Shown piece by piece: positions 12,991 through 27,023 of a stretch of 64,000 bases of DNA. The notes beneath the pieces were generated by a model. That model ran no database searches. It had not been told where the DNA came from and saw only the letters and a program-made list of their open reading frames with translations. Each line of letters opens with the position of its first letter. Position 1 is the first letter of the stretch. This stretch comes from Eledone cirrhosa (taxonomy: Eukaryota), in assembly GCA_964016885.1 (NCBI GenBank), contig OZ024742.1, positions 273,854,001 through 273,918,000 of the forward strand, in the 5' to 3' direction. A program made the translations under genes and the position numbers.

Positions 12991-13395
12991 GATTCTACCC
13001 TCTCCAGTCACAACCAAGCAGAGAAGGATGGACAGGCAAATTGACTTTCTACTCTGAAGGTAAACGTATGTGAAAATTAACCTTTCTTCCCCTCTTTGTA
13101 TTTTATTATGTTGTATTTTATTATGTATGTTATTATGTTATTATTTTCAGTATTTGTACAAATATGCGACTTAACAGTATTCTGCATATCCGCAATTAAC
13201 GATGGATTTAATGCTGAAACCGGTATTTTAAGTAAATCAATGCTTTGAAATTTCACCTAAAATAGCTCTTCAACATTTTCTACTGAAAAAATCTTTTTCC
13301 TTTCTATATTTGTTTATATATATATATATATATATATCCAAAATTAAGATAAATCAAATGAATGTTTATTTATATGTTAATCAATTTCTAGTTAT

Positions 13396-13434
<39 letters not shown>

Positions 13435-13436
13435 CT

Positions 13437-14350
<914 letters not shown>

Positions 14351-14481
14351 AAAAAATACATATATATATATATATATACACAAATAGGATATACACACAA
14401 AGTCATATAAAGATACACAATGGGTCATACATGAAAGGATGCATCTTGTTATAAACATGCACATATATAAACAATATTATC

Positions 14482-14524
<43 letters not shown>

Positions 14525-15126
14525 TAAAAGAAATATAAAATATATTAAAAATATACATATAACGTCACATAGAGATACACAGTGTGCTATACATGAAAGG
14601 ATGCGCCCAGTTGTACGTGTCTACAGAGATGTTGTTACGTTGCGAACATGTATCAAACCACATATGGAATCTTCACGCAAAGTCACATAATGGGCGTTCA
14701 TGGTATTACAGTAAACTGTATACGCAGACCGTACATAGAAAATGCGTGCAGAAAATATATAAAAAAATAAAATATACACAAAAAGAAGAAGGAACGTGTA
14801 TGCGTATGAGATAGTACCCAAGAGAAGTATGAGATACACACGTGCGTCTGTATACGGGAAATACATTAGGTGTTACAAAATGGAATACGTGGAGGGTATG
14901 GACTCTCTATTGAAAAGATACACATGGATGGGGGTACCTGGACCGGCCAAACTGGAGTATGTCACTGTGGTTGAGGTATATTGTCATATTCGTGTAAGGC
15001 ATATCCGACTCTGCACGTCACCCTAGGCAAGAACATCGCCTGAGCCGGGACATGTTGACCCGGATTCCATTGACTTTCAATCAAATGCCTTCCACCAATA
15101 AGACAATATACCTCAAAGGGCTTGTT

Positions 15127-15169
<43 letters not shown>

Positions 15170-15539
15170 TTGCGATACACACGCATACATACGCATCTAC
15201 ACACACACACGTATGTATACCCACACACAGGTCCACACATAAAAACACGCGAATATAAACACAATATGATAATAAAATAAAATAAATAAATAAATTTACA
15301 ACATTTTAGGGTACTTTAAAATCTGTATGTAACTGCATAAATAGGTACAAGAAAAGAAGGGGTAAAATAAAGGAACGAGTAAAATAAAAAAATAAAAACG
15401 GGGGGGGGGGGGGGGGCGATACAGGAGAAAGTGCGTGCGTCCATGTGATATACTACACACAGGTATTATGAGATGCAAACTTGTGTCCGTGTATAGAACA
15501 GGTAACAGTAACAGAACAATGATAGAACAATAATGATAT

Positions 15540-16160
15540 TAATAATCACTGTTCCAAAGTGGAACAGGCGGAGAGTATATAGTCACGATTGACGGAGTAC
15601 ACATTCAATGTGACCCCCGTCACGGTCGCCATGGGGCATGGCACCGTGGCTGGGGTGTGCTGGTATATACGTTTAGAGCACAGGACCGGGTGGCAGTGTG
15701 CCCCATGTCAGCCGGTTCCGGCCCATGCGGTGTATCTTCCAATGTCGTGTGCCCGGTCACGTGCGCACCTGTTTTACATAAGATTGCCCCACGGGTCGGA
15801 CACCGTCATCTTGGCATGGCGTCAGGTCCCCTAATCCCGCTAGGCCAATCGGGTCTGTGCGCACTCATTCCCATGCCCCCCGCCTGCGTCACCCGGCAGA
15901 TTCCATGTGGCAAATGCGATTCTTCTCTGGTGTCTGCATGTCATGATAATTTCAGACTTCAGGTTGACGGCGTCATCCTTCAGTCTGACTATCTCTGACT
16001 GTCTCCCGACGAAACACCCGTGCCTGAAAGAACCCGCAGAAGTAGAATCAGCCAAATCCATACAAGGACCATGTCTCGAGCTACATGCCGGCGAAACATT
16101 TGTAACACGAAATAAACTAAGTTCAGATGCATCACTGATTTTTCGTTTTCTTTATATTAT
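15540..16160 (+). mobile_element. Diverged relative of repeat family X with a GC-rich body
   Basis: 16019-16150 aligns with the family X terminus (GCCGGCGAAACA..AATAAA..AGTTCAGATGCATCACTGATTTTTCGTTTT). Confidence 0.65.
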
Positions 16161-16349
16161 ATATATATATTTAATAAATACATTATCGGAGAAAGCATTT
16201 TAGCGATACTCCGGCCAAATTCCAACTCACTCAACAAACATTAGGAAATAAGTGAGTATATTCCTAATTATGCGTTCGGGGTGCTAACTAAATGTGTTGT
16301 GTGGAAAATTGGCTGTATTATTTCATATGAGACATATCGAATATATATA

Positions 16350-17607
16350 TAGATTGGGCTAGAAAGTAAATAATTTCGGGTTTTTAGTGTGAAATACTAG
16401 TCTTCATACAAAGAATGAACTTTACTCAATCGTATATTTTGATATTTTGTTCGATGAACTTTTGCCATCTTCTGGCAATTACATGATTCCACGATCATAG
16501 AAATGCTGGTCCTTATCATCCCAAAACTCAAGAGGGTACGATTTCATATTATCATCATTATTGAAATTTTACCATTCAAAGTATTTTGCCAATTTCTAAA
16601 TAAATAGTAATCTGATGTTGCAAAGTCACGGCTATATGTTATTGTGATATCACTTCCCAACCAAGCTCCAATAATTCACGAGTTAGCAAAGACGTGTATC
16701 GTCTAGTGTTGTCATGGTGGAACACGATTCCTTTACGATTTGCCAGTTCTGGCCGTTTTTCTTTGATTGCTTCCTCCAGTTTCATTAGTCGGTTACATTA
16801 AACATCTGAATTGATCGTTTGGTTCATTGGAAGCAGCTCCAGATACACAACACCAACGCAATTGACAGCATGGCCTTTTTTTGTTGCAATTCAGCTTTCG
16901 ATGTGTTTTGTACTGGTTCATTACTCTTGGACCATAATCGTTTTCAATTGATGTTATTTTAGACAATACATTTTACATCACCAGTGATGATTCGTTTCAA
17001 AAGTAGGTTGATTCCATTGCGTTTGATATGCATATCGCAAATATTGATTCGTTGTGTTAAGTGAATGTCTTTCAATTTATGTGGAAAGCAAATATCGAGC
17101 TTGTTAACGAGTCCAACACATTTTAAGTGATTTTGAAACGTTGTGTTTGATACATTATCCTCTCTGCAATCACTTACACAGTCATATGACAATCAGATTC
17201 AATTATGGTTTTTATTCAGCCATCATCAACTTCAATAGATCGACCAGAACATTGGTCATTGTGAGTGAAAAAATCTCCAGAACGGAATGTTTTAATACCA
17301 CGGCTGACATGTGCCTTCTCTTAAGCAATCAGCACTATAAACTTCACATATCTTTTTGGGAGCCTCAACAGCTTTCTTGCCTTTATGGAAATAGAATAGC
17401 AAAATATGGCGAAAATGTTCGTTCTTTCAATCCCTGTTTAAATTGACACTGAACTACTAACAGCTGTAAACAAAGTTACATGCAATTTGCTTCTAAAGTA
17501 AGCTAAAAGTAGCGGCTATCAAATGTCAAAAGGAAAAAAAAATCATATCATTGACAAAATTGTAACTCTATTTGCATTAAACGAAATTACTTTCTTGTCA
17601 ACCGAAT
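16350..17607 (-). mobile_element. Mariner (Tc1/mariner) DNA transposon, full span, degraded
   Basis: About 1.26 kb between TA runs, with TIR-like ends sharing AGAAAGTAA..TTTCG. Minus strand encodes EHFRHILLFYFHKGKKA, LKRIITGDVK, VFHHDN and YSRDFATSDYYL (cf. YSPDLAPSDY). Confidence 0.92.
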
Positions 17608-17785
17608 ATATATATTTGTTAGAACCACATCGCATCTTTGTCACTTTTAATTGATATTAATTTATTGCTGTGATCTCCGTTCTATTCTCCTTGTCTGACT
17701 TGTTGTTAATTTGGTTTTGTACTTAAGTTCTGCCATTTTGGATTACCTATTCTCCTTCCTCATTTCTCTCTCTTTCACGTTGTTT

Positions 17786-17792
<7 letters not shown>

Positions 17793-17862
<70 letters not shown>

Positions 17863-17890
17863 TCTCTTTCTCTCGCTCTCTCTCTCTCAC
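17793..17890. repeat. (TC)n microsatellite
   Basis: Direct read. Confidence 0.98.
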
Positions 17891-19747
17891 TCACTTACTC
17901 TCTTTCTCTCCTACCATCTACCCCCTTCCCCTCTCCGATCTTTCTGCTCCCTTACCACTCGCCCTTCTACTCTCACTTCCATTTGCTTCGTCACTACCTC
18001 TTTGCGCGTGTTCTCGCTACTATCAGGTGTCTTTCTCTTCGCTATCTCTTGGTTACTGAAACTTATATATACTATTGTCTCCTGTTTCCCCTCTCTACCT
18101 ATATGATTTTCTTCTGTTTATTTTCTTTTCCTGTCGCTGTCTTCGCTATCGTCTTTGTTTGTTTTTTTTTCTTCTCTAATAAATATTCCAATTAGTTATT
18201 AACGCACCGTGGTGAGCTGTACTGTCTTTAATGCGTCGAAACATAAGTGAACCACAGCAGACAGCAGGAGAGTGGGAATTGTCCTTATGTTTGTGTTTCT
18301 CTTACGTTTTCTAATATATATATACAGCTTGTGTTGTGTGAGTGTTTGGGTGTCTACGTCTGAACGTCAGTGTGGCAGTGTGTGCATATATATGTGTGTG
18401 CACATGTATTGATAGAGAGTGGATTAAAATGAGGTTGATGCATAGATAGCTGGAGAAAATGACACATACACACTTAGCCCGAGAGATGAACACATGAAAA
18501 TAAACATACTTTCAATGACAGATGCAATGGAAGAGATGTAAGAAGATAAAGTATACATACATGAATTTACGTTTGTATCCCTTTTCATGTATATAGTTAT
18601 TAGAATGGGCCAGCATGTACATATACGCCCGAAAACAGATTCGTATATTGAAGGGACTTAGAACGCATAAAATTATATAAGGCTATATATATATATGCAT
18701 TAATTTAAGTGGAGGTTTATTATTGCTGACAGACTTGACAGACTTACTACTCGCATCAACGTGTTGTGGAAAATGATTTGGTGCTACGTGATTATAAAGG
18801 TATACGTTATTCGATGATCGTGAAGTATATGAGTTTATGTGTGAATCAAATAATAATGTATGTCTATACACATCTGAATATATGTATTTATGTGTGCATG
18901 AAATGCTACATGACGTTCATTATTATATCACAAAGCCGGATTGTGCTGCTTCGTAAGATGTGTAACGCGTGGAAAATGGGTGGGAATGACACATCAAATT
19001 CAAAGTTGATCTTAAGATTTCGAGGTCATTCTCTAAGCAATTTATAAAGAAGGACATCAGCATAAAAGCTGATCTTTGACGCTAAGTACATTGCTTTTCA
19101 TTCGAAAAGCTGTAATGTATCTGTATTTGCAATGAAATAACGTTAGTTCTCTGTAGATAACATGGGAAATTACCTAGAATTTTGGAGAATATTTATTCGA
19201 TTTCCCATGTGTTCCCCAAAGCGATAATAATACACGAAAATGGCATGTGTGTCCGTTTCTGTGTGTGTTTGTTTGTATATGATGCTTGTATTGTGCCTGC
19301 CGTTTGTGTGTGTATGTGTGCTTGTGGTTGTTACTTAGTGTGAATGCATAAATCCAGCTATAACATATGAAGATAAACCAAAAACACATTCTTAATATTC
19401 AGTATTTTATCTCTAAAATATGCGATACTAAATAATTTTACCATACATAAAAGAACATTGGAAAATAAAAATCTCGCAAAACAAATTCAAAACGGAAAAT
19501 GTAAACTTTTATGAGTGAATATCGTTTTGTCATAACATTAAGTTGTAATTATTGAATTCATCAAAAAATAATTAACATGGATTAAGAGAAAAAATTGTCT
19601 TACGCCATGGTTCACTGAGGAACTGGAATCATATGATTCCTCTTCCTCAGTGAAACAAAAGCCCAACCAGGAACTGGGCATATCAGAGTATTGACAAAGT
19701 TAAACACCTCAACAACATGTGTACTCGTCTCTACCACACTAATTCGG

Positions 19748-19802
19748 ACTGCCTGAAGAGGTCACAGCCAAAGATGGCTGTCACCGAAATATATATAGCA
19801 GT
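19748..19802 (+). ncRNA. Minimal type I hammerhead ribozyme (PLE type)
   Basis: ACTGC-CTGAAGA-GGTCACAGCCA(AAGA)TGGCTGTCACC-GAAA-TATATA-TA-GCAGT: stem I ACTGC/GCAGT, intact CUGANGA and GAAA core, G-C closed stem II, palindromic mini stem III. AATAAA follows at 19803. Confidence 0.82.
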
Positions 19803-19843
19803 AATAAACGAATCCAAATTTTGAACGTTTGACTTATTTATTT

Positions 19844-19922
<79 letters not shown>

Positions 19923-19973
19923 TGGTAGCTAAGATGATTCCACAGAGCTAAGTATGATAGAAGAGAAAACGAA

Positions 19974-21512
19974 AAATCAGTGATACATCTGAACTCAATT
20001 TATTGTGTATTACAATTGTTTCGCCAGCGGAGAGCTCGAGACGCGATCATTGTATGGATCTGTCTGATTCTGGACCCGCAGGTTCGACGGACACGTCTAA
20101 TGATTTCGGAGCATATTCTCTCACTGGGGTATGTGACCTTCTGGGCCAGTACTGTCAAAAACTTCATCCTCTTCGCGCGTCCTGTGATTAGCCGCTGGTT
20201 GTTGACGTCATCATAATTCTGACCACATATACCAGTCCGCTGACCATCAAGGCGTTAGCTGTCCCATGTCTGCTACACTTCAATATTTACTGCTGTGTTT
20301 GGTTGTTCACTCATCCACACACACAAACACAAGCACAGAGATAACGACAGTCGTACGCATATACGCCCGCTAAACAGACACGTTTAAGGAGAACATATAA
20401 ACATATAAACATACGCATACATGCATCCAGAGAGGCACGTACACACACAGACACATGTCCACATGCCTATATACATCAACATACACTCACACAAACATGC
20501 AGATACATGTACACACAAACACGTACAAAAATATACATAGACCAACCCCTTCCACCCACGCACACACCTATACACGTACACATATACATACATACACACA
20601 CAGCAAACACACTCGCTCGCAGACACACATATATACACACACTGGTGCATGTACACACACACTGGCTCATATACACTCTTACAAATATGCAGATATTCAT
20701 TCTTTTGTAATTCGTGCGTGGGTGTGTATATGATTATGCGCATATTTGTAAGAGAGTATATGAGCGAGTGTGTGTGTGTGTGTGTGTGTGTACAAGCACC
20801 CGTGTAGAGAAAGGGCTTGCTTGTGTCTATATATGTGTGTTTGCGAGCGAGTGTGTATCTGTGTGTGTATATATGTATATCTGTACGTGTATATGTCTGT
20901 GCGTGGGTGGAGGGGGTCTATGTATATGTATGTACGTGTTTGTGGGTACGTGTATATACACGCGTGTGCATGTGTATGCGCATGTATGTGTGTTTGTGTG
21001 TTGATGTATATAGGCATGTGGGCATGTGTCTGTGTGTGTCCGTGCCTCTCTGGATGCATGTATGCGTATGTTTATATGTTTATATGTTCTCCTTAAATGA
21101 GTGTGTATAACGGGCGTCTATGTGTACGACAGTGATTATCTCTGTGCTTGTGTTTGTGTGTTTGTGTGTGTGTGTGTGCGCGTGGATGTGTGAACAACCA
21201 AACACCACAATAATTTATTGAAGACAGCTAACGTCGTGGTAGTCATCGGACTGGTACCTGTGGTCAGAATTATGATGACATCGACAACCAGCGGCCAATC
21301 ACAGGACGAGCGAAGTGGATGAAGTTTTTGACGGTACTGGCCCAGAAGGTCAGATACCCCAGTGAGAGAATATGGTCCGAAATCATTAGACGTGTCTGTC
21401 GAACCTGCGGGTCCAGAATCAGACAGATCCACACAATGATCACGTCTCGAGCTGTCCGCCGGCGAACCAATTGTATCACACAATAAATTGAGTTCAGATG
21501 CATCACTGATTT
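19974..21512. repeat. 1.5-kb imperfect palindrome made of two head-to-head family X copies
   Basis: 19974-20700 is the reverse complement of 20730-21512, with substitutions and indels. Confidence 0.93.
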
Positions 21513-21553
21513 ATATGAAATCAATATTATTCTTGTAGTTATTATTATTGTTA

Positions 21554-22046
21554 TTTGAGTCTCAGTCATAAATGTTATTTAACTGGAAAGTTTGTTGAAA
21601 TGAATATCAAGCCGCTACATGCAGCATCAGATATTCAGGACATATCGGAGCGTTCTTGCTGTTCCCAGAAAGCATGCTTTGTTTAGTGTTCCAAAAAGCG
21701 GGGCTGGTCTAATCTTGTTTAACCATACTTGGAAACTCTTTCAGATAGTACCTATTGCGCCTATGACAATCGGGACGACCTTGATTTTATGGTAGTGCCA
21801 AATCCTTTTTAACTCCCACTTTAAATCCTGGTATCGGTTAATTTTCTCCCTCTCCTTTTCTTGCACTCTCGTGTTAAATGGGCAGGCTACATCTACAATC
21901 AGGTACGATCTTTTTCCTTGACCAAAACCACCAGGTCAGGCCTATTGTGTTCTAATTTCTTGTCCGTCTGTATCCTAAAATCCCATAGCACCTTCACCTC
22001 ATCGTTTTCTAGCACCGACTCTGGCTTATGCTCATACCACTTCTCA
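21554..22046 (-). mobile_element. R4/Dong family A 3' fragment
   Basis: Reverse-complement match to 3607-4100; flanked by ATT repeats. Confidence 0.92.
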
Positions 22047-22057
22047 TGATTATTATT

Positions 22058-25000
22058 GGCGACCTACGTAGGAAATCGTATTATCGTGAGTTCCGCAAAG
22101 TTTTGTTGTTTTCAGTTGTTTCGAATTGCCAGTCATGGGAAATGTTGTTGTTAAGTGTTTATAAGTTCACATATATTGCTTTCTGTAAAGGCCACTAAAT
22201 AATATTGCGGCCTTGAGCCCAAAATGTAAACTTTTATTTGTCAAACAAAATATTTCTCTGAAAAAAAAACATTGACAACAAATATCCTGTTTTTAATAGA
22301 CAAACAACCCTCCCACCGCCGCCATAATTGTAAAGCTTGCCACGGTTACCAACACTGAAAATATAATTAATAGCAGTCTCAATTATTTAAATTTGCCGCA
22401 TACAGACATCGATTTCCGGTCATTATCAATAACTGCAGGTGTTAAAGCCGCCAACCCCACCACCACAATGTCAAAAAGAACAACCAACACCGCTAATACC
22501 ACCACCACCACATAAAGGCCTAGGTGTGTCGTTTGAGGTGAAGGAACACACCTAAAGGCTTTCTGCCCTCAGGCTAAAAATTTGAGGACGCCTCTCCTAC
22601 CCACCCCAGTGACCCAAACATCAAAAACACCATCAGCAGAAATAGGAGCAACAAATGTACCAGAAACAACAGAAGCAACTGTAGCAGCAGCAACCCAACA
22701 ACTGTAGCAGCAACAGTAGCAAAACTAACACCACCACCACCCACCGCGCCAGAATTAACACCAGCGCCTCCACCATCCACCACGCCACAACCAAAACCAA
22801 CGCCTGTGGAGGATTTTTCACTCTCCGACCTATCGCAACTGGAGACAGATTGTGACGACGAGGAGTGGGAAACTGTATCAGGGAAAAAGAAAGAAAAGAA
22901 CCCCAAAAAGAAAATGTCCATTTCCTTTGCCGTCCAAAAACAAAATGCAGGGGGAAACAAATAAGCAAACAAACAAAACAGTTAACGCAGCTACGCCACC
23001 ACCCACCATCACCATCACCAACACTACAAAAATCACCAACAAGCGAAACAGAAACAAACCCACAACAAACGCAAACAAAACAACCAAAACTATACACATT
23101 ACACAGCATTACATTTGAACAATAACCAATTATTACATTAAATCCAACCCAACACCAGCATTATTGAAAAAATACTACCCAACACCCCAAAAATTCACAC
23201 CACCTCCACACATACAAATCACTCGCATCACAGAGAAAACGTACACGACACTAAAATTAAAATTCCCCACAGACATCGGAGACTTCCGACGAAGACTCTC
23301 CAGGGGGATTTATAAAAATATCCTTCCGGAGGAAGCCACAAGCAGTGAGAAGTACGGAAAAAACCATCTTTCCTCCACGAGATGTGAGGAAAGTGGTCTT
23401 TCCCATCTTTTTCCACTCCTTTTTCAACATGACCTCATTCAGAATAGGCAGCATAAATGCGCGTGGCATGCGGTCGTCATGGAAGCAGGGCCACCTGCTC
23501 AACAACCTCAGGTCACTAAACATAGATGTGGTGGCCATCAGCGAGACCAGAATCTCCGAAGCACGAGCCTTCGCACCGATCTTCGGCGGCTACGATGTGT
23601 ACGCATCTCCCAACCGTCCTAGATCGGAGGGAGGAGTTGCTGTGATTTTTCGGAGAGGCTTGGATCTCGTCATACGGGCCATCTTCCTGGACCCAGAAAG
23701 TAAGTTGGTGGTGCTGGACGTGACTAGCGGATACGGGCAAGCTTTCATGCTAGTGGCCGTCTATGCCCCGACAGGAGCAGGGCGGCCTGATTTCTTCCGA
23801 CGTCTAAGGAACGTCCCGCTTTTAGTGTGAGAGGGTGACTGGAACGGGATCTCAGATGCACACTGGGACTGTGTAGGATTAGCGGATATGTTAGGAGGGT
23901 TTAAAAAGCCTTGCAAACCTTCTCAGGAGATTTCAACTGTCTGTCAGGTACCGTCTGAATATCCCGAAAGTGCCAATGTGGACTTGGACAAACCGTATCG
24001 GGTCATCCAGCTCATATCTAGATAGGGTAATGTGTAGGGAAATAGATAGGTCTAGCATAGGCTGTCCACATTTCAAAATAGTCGACTACACGGACCATAA
24101 ATTCCTGATTTGTAAGGTTGACTTAGATAAGCTTCATAGACAGGGACCCGGCTACTGGAAGCTAAACGCGTCCTTACCAGCGCGCAAGGCCTACAGAGAC
24201 CGGATTAGCGAACTAGTTAAGCGGGCGTTGACGGGGGCCATCGCCAACAACAAATGTAGGTCTGCACTGAAAAGAGCGATTAGAATAGAGTCGATTAGGT
24301 TTAGTAAAGCTTTAGCAATAGAGAAAAATAGAGTACAGGCAGAACTAGTTATAAAATTAGACAAGGCGCTTAGTAAAGTCATCGCGACCGACCTACTTGC
24401 GGCGAATTTGGTCCTTGACCAATTCTTCAATGCAAAGCACGAAGGCTGCGTTGTCAGAGCTAGGGTGCTAGCTCTCAGACACGAGGAGACGAAAGCCGTT
24501 CAATGGGCCCGAGTGGCGGAGGCGCATCGAGGCAACAGACCCACGGTCCGGTCTTTGGTGGACCACGAAGGGCGCATGCTGTTCGATCCCGGGCAAGTGT
24601 GTGAAGCTTTTCAGCGACAATTCACTCAGCTGTTCAGGGGCAGTGGCGGCCGCATCGTGGGATGGACTTTAGTGCCTACCTCGACGGACTGCCGCGGCTC
24701 TCGGCCACTGAGGTGGAGTGTTGCGAAAATCCCATAACAGCAGCTGAAGAACGGGAGGCAATTAATGACTACACAAAGGGTAAATCGCCTGGTTTTGATG
24801 GTCTTCCCTATGATCTTACGTACACATGCAAGATTTGTTCGGAGGCCTCTTGGCGGACGTCTATTGCAACTGGCAACAGAATGGGAGAATTCCCAACTCT
24901 GTGAGCCTAGGAGCGGTGGCGCAGCTGAGAAAGGATCCGAACAAGGTAGATTACATAGATAAGTTCAGGTCCATAACTCTGCTAAACACAGAGTTCAAGA

Positions 25001-26999
25001 TTTTGGTCAAAGTGCTAGCAAAGAGGTTGGCGCTTGTCGGTGGTGGTCTCGTGTGAGAGGCGCAGACAAGCGCCATTCCAGACAGATCCATCCACGACAA
25101 CCTTCACCTCATGCGATACATCATGGAGAAGTAGCTAGGGAACCTGGCACGGGTGGGTACTTGTTCAATTTATATCAGTCGAAAGCTTTCGATAGGTTCG
25201 ACCATGGTTATCTGGCGGCAGTCCTGAGGGCTGCTGGCTTTGGGACAGTTTTCAGAGGCTGGATCGATGCCATGCACAGCGACATCTGCTCTGTGGTTAG
25301 AGTGAACGGTCACCTTTCGGAACCGTTCAACATCATGCTCTCGGTCCGCCAAGTATGTCCCCTCTCGTCCCTCTTGTACGTATTGACTGCACAACCTGGA
25401 GACGTAGTGGGGGGTCCCACGCGAACTAGGATGCGGAAGATCCGTGTCTGCATATGCGGACGCTGTCCCGGTGGTGGTGTCGAACGCCAAACACATAGAG
25501 GCGATCGGCACTACTCTAAAATAATACGAAGCGGTGACAGGAGCAATGATCAACTAGGAAAAGTCGGTGAGCCTGCAGCTCGGCACCTGGAGAGACAGGT
25601 CCATGCCGTCCAACAGCGTCGTCGGGTGCTGGACGGACGGACCGGTTAAATTGCTAGGGATTTGGCTGGCCGTCCGGACCTCCAGACCCACAAGAACTGG
25701 GACGAGGTGACGAGAAGAGAGGCCTCTCTCACCCAGAAATGGGCAGAGAGGAATACATTGCGTCCGTCATCTAACACCGCCTCACTGCGATAGAGCATTT
25801 GCTCTTTAGCTTTTTGTGGAAGGAACGCTCTCCGATGGTGAGGCGGTCCATCCGCTGTCAACACCCGCTACGGGGAGGGCTGGGAATTCCGTGGCTGATG
25901 ATGCGCAGAAATGCCTCCAGGCTACAATATCTCCACCTTTTCCTAGACGGTGATCAGGTGTGGTCGCCGTTTGCTAGACGCGTCTTTCCCCAGCTCGTCT
26001 CCTTGAGAGAGCTGCATTCCTGGGTCAAGCGAAGACCGAGAGGGAGTGCTTGGAGACTGGAATGTCTTCAGGTGCTCACAGCCCTCGACCAGTCGGGAAA
26101 TGTGATCGGTGGAAACTTTATCTTGGCGTTCTATAGAGGTTTAGTGGAGGGTAAGAGCGACGACGTAATTGGGGAAATTCTAGGCGTCAACAAAAGTCAA
26201 CTAGCCAATCTCTTCGGAAGAACTTTCGGGCCGGGGCCTATGGTCAACTTCCAGAAATCCCTGGCCTCGCAGTGCTACCGAGGGGCTTTGCCATTACGAG
26301 ATAAACTCTACAAGAATGGAAGTGTCGTCAGCCGGGAATGTCCGAGATGCGCGCAGGGCCACGAAACCGCCCTGCACGCACTCGTCCAGTGTCCGAGCAT
26401 TTCTGATTTGTGGGTTTATGTCGAAAACCTGCTGTCGCGTGTAGGACGGATCCAGCTATCAGCTGAGTCCATCGTGAGGATTGCCTCGCCCTCTTCCTTT
26501 AGCTGGCAGGGCAGGCAGTTTTTATCTGTCTGGTGGTGGCGAAAGAGATGGTATGGTGGACGCGTTTGAAAGCGCTGAAGGCGAGCACTTACCAGTTCAT
26601 TGATGCCCTGATTAACTTTTTCAAAGTTCATATGAAAAAGGAAATCAGCATTTTATTGAAAGATGGGTGAGAGAGGCAAGAATGGTCCGTGTAGATGGGC
26701 CTACGCTGAGTATGTGCCTATAAATTGAAAGTGGAAAACTAGGAGAGGGCACTTGCCCTGGTGGTCAGGGTCACCGTGGCTTTGTTAATGGGCTTCCTCC
26801 ACGAACGTCCTTCGGAAGCCCCCCCCCCCCCGTCCCCCGACTGGGGAATTTTTCATTGGTTACTTTTTGTTACATCCTGTTTCTGTTTTTCTTTTTACAC
26901 GCAGAAATGCCAATTTGTACCGTCCTGTATAGTCTTGTATTGTCCTGTATTCTCCTTAATGTCTTACTTTGTGTAAACCCTATGGTTAATAAAGAAAGC
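22058..26999 (+). mobile_element. Tx1/L1-clade LINE with 5' UTR, partly deleted ORF1, ORF2 and ATT tail
   Basis: 5' UTR shared with 28182 and 52161(-). ORF1 zinc knuckle remnant RPRCVV*GEGTHLKAFCP near 22517. ORF2 is APE-RT-Cys domain. Ends AATAAAGAAAGC followed by (ATT)n. Confidence 0.92.
23429..26723 (+). pseudogene. Tx1 ORF2 (APE endonuclease, reverse transcriptase, C-terminal Cys/His motif), frameshifted
   Basis: MTSFRIGSINARG, VAISET, VAVYAP, SYLDRV, YTDHK, GPGYWKLN, KSPGFDGLP, FRSITLLNTEFKIL, QSKAFDR, VRQVCPLSSLLY, CPRCAQGHETALHALVQC. Confidence 0.92.
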
Positions 27000-27023
27000 A
27001 TTATTATTATTATTATTATTATT

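Noticed and set aside
19611-19655. Second hammerhead in TTCACTGAGGAA..TTCCTCAGTGAAA
   Set aside because: CTGAGGA and GAAA are present but are sequestered in one long hairpin, and no stem I partner or UH site follows.
22574-23125. Hydrophobic or Pro/Thr-rich ORFs on both strands (also 51113-51721, 59253-59613)
   Set aside because: Low-complexity parts of Tx1 ORF1 and their antisense shadows.
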